Shown: positions 1 through 10,059 of the stretch, one piece after another
Layout: every line of letters starts with the position of its first letter
How positions within the stretch are numbered: the stretch's first letter is position 1
DNA from: an uncultured Enterobacteriaceae bacterium
GTDB taxonomy: Bacteria > Desulfobacterota > Binatia > Bin18
DNA: 64,000 nucleotides
NCBI GenBank assembly: GCA_964460065.1
Contig: CAYWPF010000081.1
Coordinates: 837-64,836 of the forward strand
Reading direction: 5' to 3'
Program-made: the position numbers and the translations under genes
Notes under the pieces: model-generated
Databases searched by the model: none
Seen by the model: only the letters and a program-made list of their open reading frames with translations
What the model was told of the DNA's origin: nothing

Positions 1-10
1 ACCCGAGATA

Positions 11-1297
11 ATGAAAAATCGAGAATGCAAGCGGGCAGACGGAACAAGACTCTCGCGCTTGCGCCGGACGATCGGCCCCGGCTTGATGTTTGCCAGTACC
101 GCTATCGGTGTATCGCACCTAGTTCAATCGACAAGGGCGGGAGCAACGTACAGCTACGCTGTGTTGTGGGCGGTTCTGCTCGCGAACCTTCTGAAATATC
201 CCGCTTTTGAATATGGATCCCGCTATGCAAACGCAACAGGGGAGAGTCTCATTGATGGCTACAAACGGTTCGGGAACTGGGCACTCTACGTATATCTCTT
301 CATCACGGTTAGCCCGATGTCAATCATCATTGCCGCCATCTGTTTTACTACAGCGGGCTTGCTCAACAATCTTCTCGGCCTACATCTGCCGGTAATATAT
401 ACTTCTTTTGCCGTCATTTTCGGCTGCGTCGGTATTCTCTTCATTGGGACATACCGTACACTTGATGGCATGATCAAGATCGTCTGCACGGTACTTTTCC
501 TTTCGACATTAACAGCATTTGTACTTACGCTCAGCCGCGGGCCAAACGTGCCAGTTATCTTTTATTCGGACGCAGTCTGGACCGCGTCCGGCTTCGCCTT
601 CCTCATCGCTTTGATGGGTTGGATGCCAGCACCTTTGGACCTTTCCGCGCTCAACAGCTTATGGACCCTGGAGCGCTTTAAACAGACAAATTACAGACCA
701 AGTCTCAACGAGACACTCTTCGATTTCAACCTTTCTTATTTCATGACGGCGGCGCTTGCCGTGTGTTTCATGACCTTAGGTGCCTTTCTCATGTACGGCA
801 GCGGCGTGGCGTTCTCCACCCAGAGCGGGACACAGTTCACAAACGAGGTCATCCGCCTGTACACGGCAACTCTTGGCGATTGGAGCTACCTCATTATCGC
901 CCTTTCCGCCTTTTCGGTAATGTTTGGTACCGCGCTTGTCATATTCGACGGTTACGCGAGAGCAATGCAACGGACCTGGGAATTATTGTTCGGCCGGAAA
1001 CAGGTCCAGGGTACCAGTCGGAACGTCTACCAGATCTGGCTTATTCTCGGAGGCACGAGCGGATTCCTCATCCTGACGCAGTTCCTGCAAAGTTTTACTA
1101 CACTCATTGATCTTGCTACCGTGGTCTCCTTTGTCATAGCCCCAATCATTGCTATCGCAAATCATCGGCTCGTGGTCAGTGCCCATGTGCCGAAATACGC
1201 CCGGCCACCAGCGTGGTTAAGAGGCCTAAGTTATGCCGGCATTGTTTTTTTGATAGGGTTCACGTCCGTTTTTATTTGGATGCGGCTCACAGGTTGA
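11..1297 (+). CDS. NRAMP/MntH-superfamily (APC fold) transporter, probably for divalent cations
   Basis: About 11 hydrophobic segments; N-terminal GPG..A..AIGVSHLVQSTRAGA and GWMPAP motifs of the NRAMP-related subgroup; no canonical DPGN motif. Confidence 0.75.
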   Translation: MKNRECKRADGTRLSRLRRTIGPGLMFASTAIGVSHLVQSTRAGATYSYAVLWAVLLANLLKYPAFEYGSRYANATGESLIDGYKRFGNWALYVYLFITVSPMSIIIAAICFTTAGLLNNLLGLHLPVIYTSFAVIFGCVGILFIGTYRTLDGMIKIVCTVLFLSTLTAFVLTLSRGPNVPVIFYSDAVWTASGFAFLIALMGWMPAPLDLSALNSLWTLERFKQTNYRPSLNETLFDFNLSYFMTAALAVCFMTLGAFLMYGSGVAFSTQSGTQFTNEVIRLYTATLGDWSYLIIALSAFSVMFGTALVIFDGYARAMQRTWELLFGRKQVQGTSRNVYQIWLILGGTSGFLILTQFLQSFTTLIDLATVVSFVIAPIIAIANHRLVVSAHVPKYARPPAWLRGLSYAGIVFLIGFTSVFIWMRLTG

Positions 1298-1495
1298 TTT
1301 TGCTTTAAGCCAGCAAACGAAAATAAAATGCTGCCGAGGAGGGGTAAAAACCGTGTACGCTAGGATCGAGGAAGAGGACCGCATTGGGGTCCCGAATACA
1401 TTCGCCTGATCCAAACAATCAGATTCGCTCGCGCAGAGGATCCTTGCCAACGATGGCAAACACGGCGTATACCAACCTAGCAGAGAGGACACTTT

Positions 1496-2377
1496 GTGGA
1501 ATCGGAACAACGCCACTCGCATCTGATCAACGAATTGGACGCCGCGGCCTGGATTAAAGACGGGATGACTATAGCCATAGGCTCACCTGCCCCTATGGCG
1601 CTAGTGCGTCAGATTATACGTCGCGGCGTGAAGAACTTAACGGTAATCGATGTCGGGCTATCGTTGGATATGCTTATAGCCGCCGGCTGCGTAAAAAAGG
1701 TTGTGAGCTACTACGCCGGAGGTGGCTTCGGGATCCCGGTGGCCCCGGCTTTTAGGGTAGCCGCCGAGAAAGGAGAAATTCAAGTCTGGGAGTGCGAAGA
1801 AGGTATACTCACTGCCGGCCTTCAGGCCGCGGCGCAGGCACTGCCGTTTATGCCGTGGCGCGGGGGAGTAGGCACTTCTATCCCCGAAATTAACCCGGAC
1901 CTTCAGATTTTCACCGATCCTGTGGAAGGTCAGACTCTACTTGCGGTGCCTCCTATCAAACCTGACATAGCACTATTGCATGCCGCCGTTTCCGATTCAT
2001 TTGGAAACATCCAACACGAAGGAGGCCCAGGATGGATTGACTTGTTTCTTCACCGAGCCGCAGATCGTACGATTGTCGAGGTCGAAAAGATCGTATCGAA
2101 TGAGACTGTAAAAAAGGACCCGTGGGCAACCACCGTCCCTGAAGCAGATGCTGTCATTCGGGGTCCCTACGGAGCGCACCCCTTCTATAGTCGTGGATTT
2201 TACGTGCAAGACAATGCCCACCTGAAGGATTACGTCGAGGCGTCTACCGCGGCTGCTAAGGGTATGCCACAGGCGCTGAACGACTATTTCGACCGTTATT
2301 GTCGATGCCCCAAAACACATGCTGACTATTTGGAGCAAATAGGTATAAGACGGCTTTTGGAACTCCACGAATTCTAG
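1496..2377 (+). CDS. CoA-transferase family alpha subunit (GctA/IpdA-like)
   Basis: IKDGMTIAIG, PMALVRQIIR, GLQAAAQALPFMP, PDIALLHA..SD.FGN, P.GAHP motifs; GTG start after AGAGGA. Confidence 0.85.
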   Translation: MESEQRHSHLINELDAAAWIKDGMTIAIGSPAPMALVRQIIRRGVKNLTVIDVGLSLDMLIAAGCVKKVVSYYAGGGFGIPVAPAFRVAAEKGEIQVWECEEGILTAGLQAAAQALPFMPWRGGVGTSIPEINPDLQIFTDPVEGQTLLAVPPIKPDIALLHAAVSDSFGNIQHEGGPGWIDLFLHRAADRTIVEVEKIVSNETVKKDPWATTVPEADAVIRGPYGAHPFYSRGFYVQDNAHLKDYVEASTAAAKGMPQALNDYFDRYCRCPKTHADYLEQIGIRRLLELHEF

Positions 2378-2401
2378 TGTCAGAAACACAGAGAACTAAA
2401 C

Positions 2402-3196
2402 ATGTCCAACGACTTTTCCGTTCAGGAACTGATGGCGATATTCCTTGCAAGGGACTTGCACGATGGAGAGCACCCCATGGTCGGGGTCGCGATGCCAATC
2501 GTGGAAGCGGCGGTCCGTCTAGCTCACCTCATGCACGGTCCCAATATGCAGCTAATTTTCTTTGGCACGCGTATGAACGTACATGATCGCCATACACTCC
2601 CCCTACCTGAATTTGCTTGGGACAATCGCGTTGTGCGTTGGGCGGAGTCGTTCAGTGATACCGGACATCGGTTCGAAGACGTCAAACACTGGACCAAACG
2701 CGTCTTTTTTATTGGCGGCATACAAGTAGACCCTTACGGGAATACCAACCTAATAGGCATAGGCAAAGACTACTCAAGGCTCCGTTTCCGGGGACCCGGG
2801 TCAGTAGGGACAGCCACACTGAGCACACACGTCGGCCGGTACTATATCGTGCTCAATTCCCATTCGTCACGAACGTTCGTAGAGCGGTGCGACTACAGGA
2901 GCACATTCGGATGGGGTACGGGCGGCGCCGACGCTCGCGAGAAAGCCGGCCTGCCCGGAGGCGGCCCGAAATACTGCGTTACACCGCTATGCGTCTTCGA
3001 TTTTGATGAAAGCCAAAAGCGGCTCCGTTTACATTCGTTGCACCCGGGGGTGAGCGTAGAAGACGTAAAATCCAATACGGGCTTCGACATAATAGTACCA
3101 AGCCAAATTTCTGTGACCGAGGGCCCAACCCCGCAAGAACTAAATATCCTTCGGACTCAAGTAGATCCCGAAGGACGTCTCCGCAAGATGCAATAG
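2402..3196 (+). CDS. CoA-transferase family beta subunit (GctB/IpdB-like)
   Basis: GGIQVDPYGNTN, RGPGSVG, VTPLCVFDFD, SLHPGVSVEDVKSNTGF motifs; directly follows the alpha subunit. Confidence 0.85.
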   Translation: MSNDFSVQELMAIFLARDLHDGEHPMVGVAMPIVEAAVRLAHLMHGPNMQLIFFGTRMNVHDRHTLPLPEFAWDNRVVRWAESFSDTGHRFEDVKHWTKRVFFIGGIQVDPYGNTNLIGIGKDYSRLRFRGPGSVGTATLSTHVGRYYIVLNSHSSRTFVERCDYRSTFGWGTGGADAREKAGLPGGGPKYCVTPLCVFDFDESQKRLRLHSLHPGVSVEDVKSNTGFDIIVPSQISVTEGPTPQELNILRTQVDPEGRLRKMQ

Positions 3197-3467
3197 TTTG
3201 CAGATGCACTTTGGCAATTCCCGAGGGCGGCGATTGCAAGCTCTCGCCTTCAACAGCACGGCTGCCTTCTATCTGAGCAGAACAATCGTACGCGAGGCAG
3301 TGCGACGAAGGATTCCCCGTTTTTCAAAAATTGTTTTGCCAAACATCGTCGGAAAGCGGATAAATTTAAAGAGACCGGAACATTTTCAACGAAGATAGCC
3401 CAAACGACGTTTAGGCTATCTCAAGGTCTATCACGCTCAATAGGAAACCGTTCACTTTTTAAGAGCT

Positions 3468-3497
3468 TTGCTACCAAAATTCCACCCGTTATAGAAT
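3468..3497 (+). promoter_or_regulatory. Candidate sigma70 promoter upstream of hppA
   Basis: TTGCTA-N18-TAGAAT in the 540 bp intergenic region. Confidence 0.35.
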
Positions 3498-3737
3498 TGC
3501 ATTTTCTGTTACCAGCTATCCCGCCACGCCCAATCGGAAACTCCCGATTCTTCTACGTCTCTAAGCGGAAAACCTGTTACCACGTTGCGGGTTAGGCCTT
3601 TACTCTTCTCAAAGAAGCGTTTATCTTCGCCGCGTGGGACTGGTGAGTTCGGAAAGTGCTGGCCCCCGACGCACACGGGCCCGATAAGGTCAAAGGGGGA
3701 CAACCTAGCGTTCCTAGTTGTGAGGAGGAAATAGAAA

Positions 3738-5810
3738 ATGGATCACAATGCAATTGCTATAGTTCTTGGTTTGGTCGGCCTCGCTATCGCGTTCGTCATA
3801 TACAGGTCGGTTGCCCGGGAGCCCGCGGGAAACGAGCGGATGCAGGAAATTGCAGAATCTATCTACGAAGGCGCCATGGCCTTTCTGAAGCGTGAATATA
3901 GAATTCTAGCGATATTCGTTCTAGTAGTGTTTGGGTTGCTGGTTTGGAAAGTCGCACTGGAAACCGGCGTAGCTTTTCTCGCTGGGGCCATCTGTTCGGT
4001 GCTCGCCGGATACCTCGGAATGCAGTCGGCGACTAAGGCTAATGTACGCACCTCACAGGCAGCGATGGAACGCGGAGAAGGGGCCGCTCTCCTGGTCGCT
4101 TTCAATGGCGGGGCAGTAATGGGTCTCTCCGTAGCAAGTCTCGGCTTGCTCGGGGTAGGCGCTTTTCTTGGTTTGTATTCAGACCCCGAAACATCGAGAT
4201 ATATAAGCGGTTTCGCAATGGGAGCTAGTTCCATCGCCCTATTCGCGCGTGTGGGCGGTGGAATCTACACGAAGGCCGCGGATGTCGGGAGTGATTTGGT
4301 CGGGAAGATAGAAGCCGGAATTCCCGAAGACGACCCCAGGAATCCTGGCGTCATCGCCGATAATGTGGGCGACAACGTTGGCGATGTCGCCGGCATGGGA
4401 GCTGATATATTCGAGTCTTACGTGGGGTCAATTATCGCGACAATCGCTATTGGGGCAACGGCCGTCGGTGCCTCATTCACCGCACTGGGGAAAGAAGGTG
4501 TCGACCCAGATGCTTTGCGCCAAGCGTTAATGGCGCTGCCGCTAAGCATGGCGACAGTCGGCCTCCTTGCATCTCTTCTCGGTATTTTTTCTATGAAAGT
4601 CCTCAAAAACGCTGGACCGCAAAATGCACTGCGTTACTCTGGCTTCATTTCAGCCGGCGCGTTCATTGCCGCCGCCCTATGGCTCGTTAATTATTTTCCG
4701 GTCTCCACCGACATCTTTTATGCTGTTTCGGCAGGTTGCGTAGTAGGCGTGTCGATTGGGCTAATAACGGAATACTATACTTCCGCGTCCCCGGTTACGC
4801 GTGTGGCGGAAGCAAGTAAGACGGGATCGGCCACCAACATAATCCAGGGCATGGCAGTCGGTCTTGAAAGCTGTGCGCTTCCTGTTTTAGCGATTTGTCT
4901 TGCAATTTTTGTAGCCAACCACTTTGCGGGATTGTACGGTATAGGCATTGCGGGTGTAGGCATGCTGGCCACGGTAGGTGTCACGATGACAGTTGACGCT
5001 TATGGTCCAGTCGCTGACAACGCAGGTGGAATCTCAGAAATGGCAGAGTTGGGCCCCGAGGTTCGCAAAATAACAGATGGACTTGACGCACTTGGAAATA
5101 CTACGGCCGCCATGGGAAAGGGGTTCGCTATAGGGTCGGCCGCACTCACGGCCTTAGCGCTTTTCTCTGCTTTCACGCAAGCCGTCAACCAAAATTACGC
5201 TGATCAAGGATTGGTCAATGATCAAGGATTAGTGAAAACTCTAGATATACAAGTCACTGACCCGACAGTGGTTATTGGTCTGCTGCTCGGCGGGATTCTT
5301 CCGTTCTTTATTGGTGCTTTGACGATGACAGCTGTTGGGCGTGCGGCGGGACAAATGGTCGAGGAGATCCGGCGGCAGTTTCGTGAAATTCCGGGCCTTC
5401 TAGAAGGAAAGCCAGGTGCCAAACCGGACTCAGCCCGTTGCGTAGATATTTCTACGGCCGCATCTCTCAAAGAGATGATTCTTCCCGGCCTTACGGCAGT
5501 GATCGCTCCGGTTGTCGTTGGACTTGGTCTTGGCGCTGCAGCGCTTGGCGGTATGTTGGCCGGGGCGACCGTCACCGGCGTCTTACTTGCACTCTTGATG
5601 GCTACTGCGGGAGGCGCATGGGATAACGCAAAAAAGGCAATAGAGAAAGGTGAAATCGAGGGCGAAGGCAAAGGGTCCGAGGCACACAAGGCGGCTGTCG
5701 TCGGAGATACGGTAGGCGATCCTTTCAAGGATACGTCGGGTCCGTCACTTAACATCCTCATAAAACTCATGTCGGTCGTAGCGTTGGTTATAGCTCCGTT
5801 GCTGATTTAA
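3738..5810 (+). CDS. hppA: Membrane-bound pyrophosphatase, K+-dependent, probably Na+-translocating
   Basis: [41 protein letters not shown] (Ala, the K+-dependent type), [17 protein letters not shown]; RBS GAGGAGG. Confidence 0.95.
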   Translation: MDHNAIAIVLGLVGLAIAFVIYRSVAREPAGNERMQEIAESIYEGAMAFLKREYRILAIFVLVVFGLLVWKVALETGVAFLAGAICSVLAGYLGMQSATKANVRTSQAAMERGEGAALLVAFNGGAVMGLSVASLGLLGVGAFLGLYSDPETSRYISGFAMGASSIALFARVGGGIYTKAADVGSDLVGKIEAGIPEDDPRNPGVIADNVGDNVGDVAGMGADIFESYVGSIIATIAIGATAVGASFTALGKEGVDPDALRQALMALPLSMATVGLLASLLGIFSMKVLKNAGPQNALRYSGFISAGAFIAAALWLVNYFPVSTDIFYAVSAGCVVGVSIGLITEYYTSASPVTRVAEASKTGSATNIIQGMAVGLESCALPVLAICLAIFVANHFAGLYGIGIAGVGMLATVGVTMTVDAYGPVADNAGGISEMAELGPEVRKITDGLDALGNTTAAMGKGFAIGSAALTALALFSAFTQAVNQNYADQGLVNDQGLVKTLDIQVTDPTVVIGLLLGGILPFFIGALTMTAVGRAAGQMVEEIRRQFREIPGLLEGKPGAKPDSARCVDISTAASLKEMILPGLTAVIAPVVVGLGLGAAALGGMLAGATVTGVLLALLMATAGGAWDNAKKAIEKGEIEGEGKGSEAHKAAVVGDTVGDPFKDTSGPSLNILIKLMSVVALVIAPLLI
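5201..5236 (+). repeat. Imperfect 18 bp tandem duplication within hppA
   Basis: tgatcaaggattggtcaa followed by tgatcaaggattagtgaa, encoding [12 protein letters not shown]. Confidence 0.8.
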
Positions 5811-5851
5811 GCGCAATCCACGCCATTTGGCGACAAGCTGAAAAGTCTGGG

Positions 5852-5905
5852 CGCGCACCGCCGACCTTCTGCAGATATTAATCTGTAAAAGGCGGACGGG
5901 GCGCG
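5852..5905. terminator. Long imperfect hairpin between convergent genes (possible bidirectional terminator)
   Basis: cgcgc..ccg..ccttctgcagat / atctgtaaaagg..cgg..gcgcg inverted repeat between hppA and the ArnT-like gene; no clear U-tract. Confidence 0.5.
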
Positions 5906-5925
5906 ACGCCATAGGGTCCGCAACA

Positions 5926-7671
5926 TTACATGGCGTCTTTGTTTATACGTCCCCGTAGATCATCTCCCCATTCCGGAAGTGTAACATTTTCTGGTACCTC
6001 AGCTAGATAGAGTCGGTGATTGCCCTTCGGACCCGTCCCTTTGCTCTTATCAATAAGGCGCGCCCCTGGCGCCGCGGCGCCAGTCATCAGCCGATGCCAC
6101 TTTTCTTCCCAAAGTAGGATAAAATAAGGCCCCTTGGGCGTTGCCGTCGGCGCGTAGAACGGAATTCTACGATCAGCATAATAAAGCGCCCCGCTATCAA
6201 AGCTCTGAAAGAAGAATAGCGGGGACCCATGGGTTCGTCCCGCTACCCTTTCCATAAATGGCTTGAACGACCGCGCAGCCGCAATAGTAGGAAGAATAAT
6301 TCCGCCGACAAACAGGAAAAAACTTGCGCTGAACACCACAATGCCAGCCATAACGGCATTCCAAGCACGGGCCCGAAGCGCAAGAAACGAAATAACCAAA
6401 GCGACCGATAGGCCTAAAGCCAGCAATAAAAACGGGAGATTGTTCTGTTGGTGGACAGCATCAAAGAGCAACAGATTCGCCTGATCCCGAGGATGAATTA
6501 GAGGCCGCACCAGACCAAGCAGGTCATAGCCCATATTCTGACCTATAACTACTAACAAGGACGATGCCGCCACGACCAAAATGAGATAGATCCCACCTCT
6601 AAAAAGCGCCATCACGAGCGGCGGCAGTTCGTTCGCACTGTGCCGAAGTGTCTGCCAAAAGAAACCAAACAGCAAAGCAATACCGGGGTACAAGGGAAGA
6701 ATGTAAACGGAACGTTTGCTGCTCGATGCTGAGTAGAAGAGAAATACAGTCACAACCCAAACTAGCACAAAAGTAATGTCAGATTGCCTCCAGGAATTCC
6801 GCTGGTGATACAGGAAGCAAATCAGCGACGGAAGGAAAAAACTCCATGGCGCCATACCTAGAAACAAATTGGGAACGAAGTAATAAAAAGGGTGAACATG
6901 GCCTGCCCCGGCGGCTCCGCTGGATATGAACCGTAGTACATTCTCCTTCATTATCTGCTTTTCAAAAAACGCTACTCCTCCTTCCCAAAGAGCGAGCCCA
7001 TACCAACTCAAAACGATGGCTAGAAACAAAAGCGTACCCGACACCAAATGCAGGCGTCTCACGAACGCTAAATCACCCTTCAGCAAGAGGAATAAAATTA
7101 TGATCAATACCGGTAATACCGCCCCGATTGGGCCTTTAGCCAACGTTGCAAGGGCAAACAAAATAAAAAGTGACAGACTTGCCAACCGTGTGAATCTCCC
7201 CGTTCGATAAATGTACCAAAAGAGATACAGAGCCATTACGAAAAAAAACGTTAGGGTCATATCAACACGGGCTGTTGCCGCCGCTCGTACCCACTCGAAG
7301 CTCGTCGCTAAAGACAGCCCCGCAGCCAGCCCGGCTTCTCGGCCCCATAGACCTACCCCAACTCTATAAGTCACCATGACACCAAAAAAAGCCAAGAACG
7401 CCGACGGAAAACGGATTGAGAATTCACTCAACCCGCCAAGTCCGTAAGATGCAGCCGCGCTCAGCCAATGAAATAATGGCGGTTTCGAGGGAATAATATG
7501 ACCGTTGCGGAGAGGAAGCACCCAATTTCCTTTATTATATATTTCCCACACCACGGTAGCTTCACGAGGTTGCCCCTTGGTATAGAAGTCGACGTCGCCT
7601 AGACTCAACATGTAAATGACTATACACAGCGTTCCCAGAGTCAGTGGGCCGATTAGCTTATCGATTGCCAT
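5926..7671 (-). CDS. ArnT/PMT-like (GT-C) membrane glycosyltransferase, copy 2
   Basis: Polytopic membrane protein; LRNG..PSKPPLFHW, ARVDM, LAKGP, HPFYYF, KRSVYILP.YP motifs. Confidence 0.85.
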   Translation of the reverse strand: MAIDKLIGPLTLGTLCIVIYMLSLGDVDFYTKGQPREATVVWEIYNKGNWVLPLRNGHIIPSKPPLFHWLSAAASYGLGGLSEFSIRFPSAFLAFFGVMVTYRVGVGLWGREAGLAAGLSLATSFEWVRAAATARVDMTLTFFFVMALYLFWYIYRTGRFTRLASLSLFILFALATLAKGPIGAVLPVLIIILFLLLKGDLAFVRRLHLVSGTLLFLAIVLSWYGLALWEGGVAFFEKQIMKENVLRFISSGAAGAGHVHPFYYFVPNLFLGMAPWSFFLPSLICFLYHQRNSWRQSDITFVLVWVVTVFLFYSASSSKRSVYILPLYPGIALLFGFFWQTLRHSANELPPLVMALFRGGIYLILVVAASSLLVVIGQNMGYDLLGLVRPLIHPRDQANLLLFDAVHQQNNLPFLLLALGLSVALVISFLALRARAWNAVMAGIVVFSASFFLFVGGIILPTIAAARSFKPFMERVAGRTHGSPLFFFQSFDSGALYYADRRIPFYAPTATPKGPYFILLWEEKWHRLMTGAAAPGARLIDKSKGTGPKGNHRLYLAEVPENVTLPEWGDDLRGRINKDAM

Positions 7672-7846
7672 TTATTGTTCACCTCTTCGGAAACCTATTT
7701 CTGTTGGGTCCTGCCAAGAAAAACTCCGATCCAATCTTGTCCACCATTGCATTACGTTCCCGGTTCGATTTTAAGTAATCCACTTGGTAAAGGGTTACTT
7801 CACCTCGGGGAGTCTTCGACTGGGTCCCACGCTAGATTTTGAAAAC

Positions 7847-9640
7847 TTACCTTGCGTGGGACCTTTTTAAAGACGTAGCTTCTTCTGGCACTGTAACCTC
7901 CGGTGGGCCCGTATGATCGCCAACTATAAACTCCGGTAATAAGGCGGCCAGGACCAGACGATCTTTCTTATCCGGGCCACGACCGACGCTTGTAGCGAGC
8001 CGTTCTGCCTGTGCATGGCTCGACCGCAACAAAGACCAATCCACCTCTCTCACGAGCAAATACTGCACGCCCCCGTGGGTGACCGATCCTTCGACTGAAC
8101 CCGCGGAACCTCCATAATTACGCAAGTGTCGGCCGGCATAGAAAATGGCCCCATAGTCAAAGGTCCCTTTGAAAAAGTGTAGCGGTTCTTCTTGAACGAT
8201 TTCACGTACTCCCAGCATAAAAGGCTTATACGTACGCTCCCTCGCGAGAAGCGGATGAAACACAGCATTCGAAAAATATAAAATGGATGACACGACAATG
8301 ACCGCCGCGGTGAACAAAACCGCCCATTCACCCCGGATGAAAGCCCACAAATACCACATTGTCACGGCAGCAAGGATACTCAGCCAGGCAAGGACAAGGG
8401 CGAAATTTTCGTACAAGACACCTACTACTATGGGTACATTAGAACGGTCCCTAGGGTGAAGAAACGGGGATATTGCTCCCGCGATATCGAACCCCCCGGT
8501 TTGGGCGACCGAAACCAGCACAAGCACGAACGCAGAGATTCCCAGCGTTATACCGCATAGTCTGGCAACATTTCTAACTATCGGCAGTAGTCGCGCCGAG
8601 CCTTCAATCATGTCGTGCCACCAAATCCCAAGGAGCAATGATAAAGCGGGGTACATTGGCAACAGATAATTACTTCTCTTGCCCGACGCTAACGTAAAGA
8701 AGATGAACTGTACGCCACCCCAGATTAGTAGGTACATCACTTTTTTATCACGCCTCGATTCGTCCGAGCAGAGAAACCTAGTGGCGACGGCCGGGAAAAA
8801 GACGCTCCAAGGAAGCATACCGGCAAACAATGTTGGTACGTAGTAGAATAGGGAGTGTTCTCTACTGGGACCGCCCTCCTCACTCGAAAAAAACCGAAAG
8901 ACATTCTCGTCGAGGATCTGGCGGTAGAAAAATTCCTCTCCGCCGCGCACAGTCGCAGCGGCATACCACGATATGGCTATCCCACCAGCGATCGCCATCC
9001 CATAACCAACGTGCATGCGGGTACGGAATCGGGATTCGCTAGCCAAAAATAAAAAAGACCCTATCACTAGCGCCGGTAGCAGCACCCCAAGTGGACCTTT
9101 GGCCAGCGCCGCCAACCCCACGCTCGTATACAACAAAACAAATGTAAGAGGCCGCAGTCCCCGTTCTCGAAAGGCGATAAAAAAGAAAAACAGCGCGGCG
9201 GTGACAAAAAAAACAAGTGCCATATCGCTCCGTGCAGTTACGGACCAGCGTACCCACTCCGGACATGTGGAAAGCATAACGGCAGACAGAAGACCAACTC
9301 GCCAGTTCCAGATACTGAATCCAAATAGGAACGTTATTATGACCGTAGCCGTGGAGAATAACGCGGAAGGAAATCTAACCGAGAATTCACTGACCTCACC
9401 GACCAGCAGCGACAATGATGCTCCAACCCAATGAAAGAGTGGAGGTTTTAAAGGAAGTTCAACTCCGTTTCGAAGTGGTAGAACCCAGTCACCCTGATTC
9501 ACTATTTCTGAAACTATTAACGCTTCCTTCGACTCTTCGTGGTTATAAAAGGGGATTCGGCCTAATTCGAGGAAGTACAGGATTGAGCATAGCGAAACCA
9601 ACCCAAGCACAATCCCCCGAGTGCGCCGTGATTCATTCAT
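7847..9640 (-). CDS. ArnT/PMT-like (GT-C) membrane glycosyltransferase, copy 1
   Basis: LRNG..PLKPPLFHW, ARSDM, LAKGP, HSLFYY, KRSNYLLP.YP motifs; RBS GGAG. Confidence 0.85.
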   Translation of the reverse strand: MNESRRTRGIVLGLVSLCSILYFLELGRIPFYNHEESKEALIVSEIVNQGDWVLPLRNGVELPLKPPLFHWVGASLSLLVGEVSEFSVRFPSALFSTATVIITFLFGFSIWNWRVGLLSAVMLSTCPEWVRWSVTARSDMALVFFVTAALFFFFIAFRERGLRPLTFVLLYTSVGLAALAKGPLGVLLPALVIGSFLFLASESRFRTRMHVGYGMAIAGGIAISWYAAATVRGGEEFFYRQILDENVFRFFSSEEGGPSREHSLFYYVPTLFAGMLPWSVFFPAVATRFLCSDESRRDKKVMYLLIWGGVQFIFFTLASGKRSNYLLPMYPALSLLLGIWWHDMIEGSARLLPIVRNVARLCGITLGISAFVLVLVSVAQTGGFDIAGAISPFLHPRDRSNVPIVVGVLYENFALVLAWLSILAAVTMWYLWAFIRGEWAVLFTAAVIVVSSILYFSNAVFHPLLARERTYKPFMLGVREIVQEEPLHFFKGTFDYGAIFYAGRHLRNYGGSAGSVEGSVTHGGVQYLLVREVDWSLLRSSHAQAERLATSVGRGPDKKDRLVLAALLPEFIVGDHTGPPEVTVPEEATSLKRSHAR

Positions 9641-9981
9641 GCGCTGCTCCAGGCTAAGAGACTTTCCAGTTCACCTTCAACCTTGTCGTTAAATGCATAG
9701 CTACCCTGCCGAACTTTTACCAAATGGTGTTTGGTCGCATCGTCAGTTTTGAACGATTCGCTTGTTCGCAACCAGAAGCTTGGGAGTTCTCACCCGACCC
9801 TGACCTTCCGCCAACCCCGCAAGTAAAGTCCCTATTCAATTGGTGGCAACGGCCTCAGCCTTCCTACAGAGGCACTTTAGTAAGATAACCGCAGCACGAC
9901 GTCCCAATCGTGACATCGAAGTGAAATAAAAGGATAGGTCGAACGATTATGAGCACGTCCTCAGCCCCGCGGGGTTCGTAC

Positions 9982-10010
9982 AACTTAAATTGTGTGTGAC
10001 TGGGAGTCAA
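9982..10010 (-). promoter_or_regulatory. Candidate sigma70 promoter facing the ArnT-like pair
   Basis: Minus strand TTGACT-N17-TAAGTT. Confidence 0.45.
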
Positions 10011-10059
10011 GACGAATTAGATAGGGTCCCTTTCCGACTGGAGCATTTTCTGCCACAAA

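Noticed and set aside
3198-3398. 66 aa ORF after the CoA-transferase beta subunit
   Set aside because: TTG start, no RBS and no recognisable features; probably spurious.
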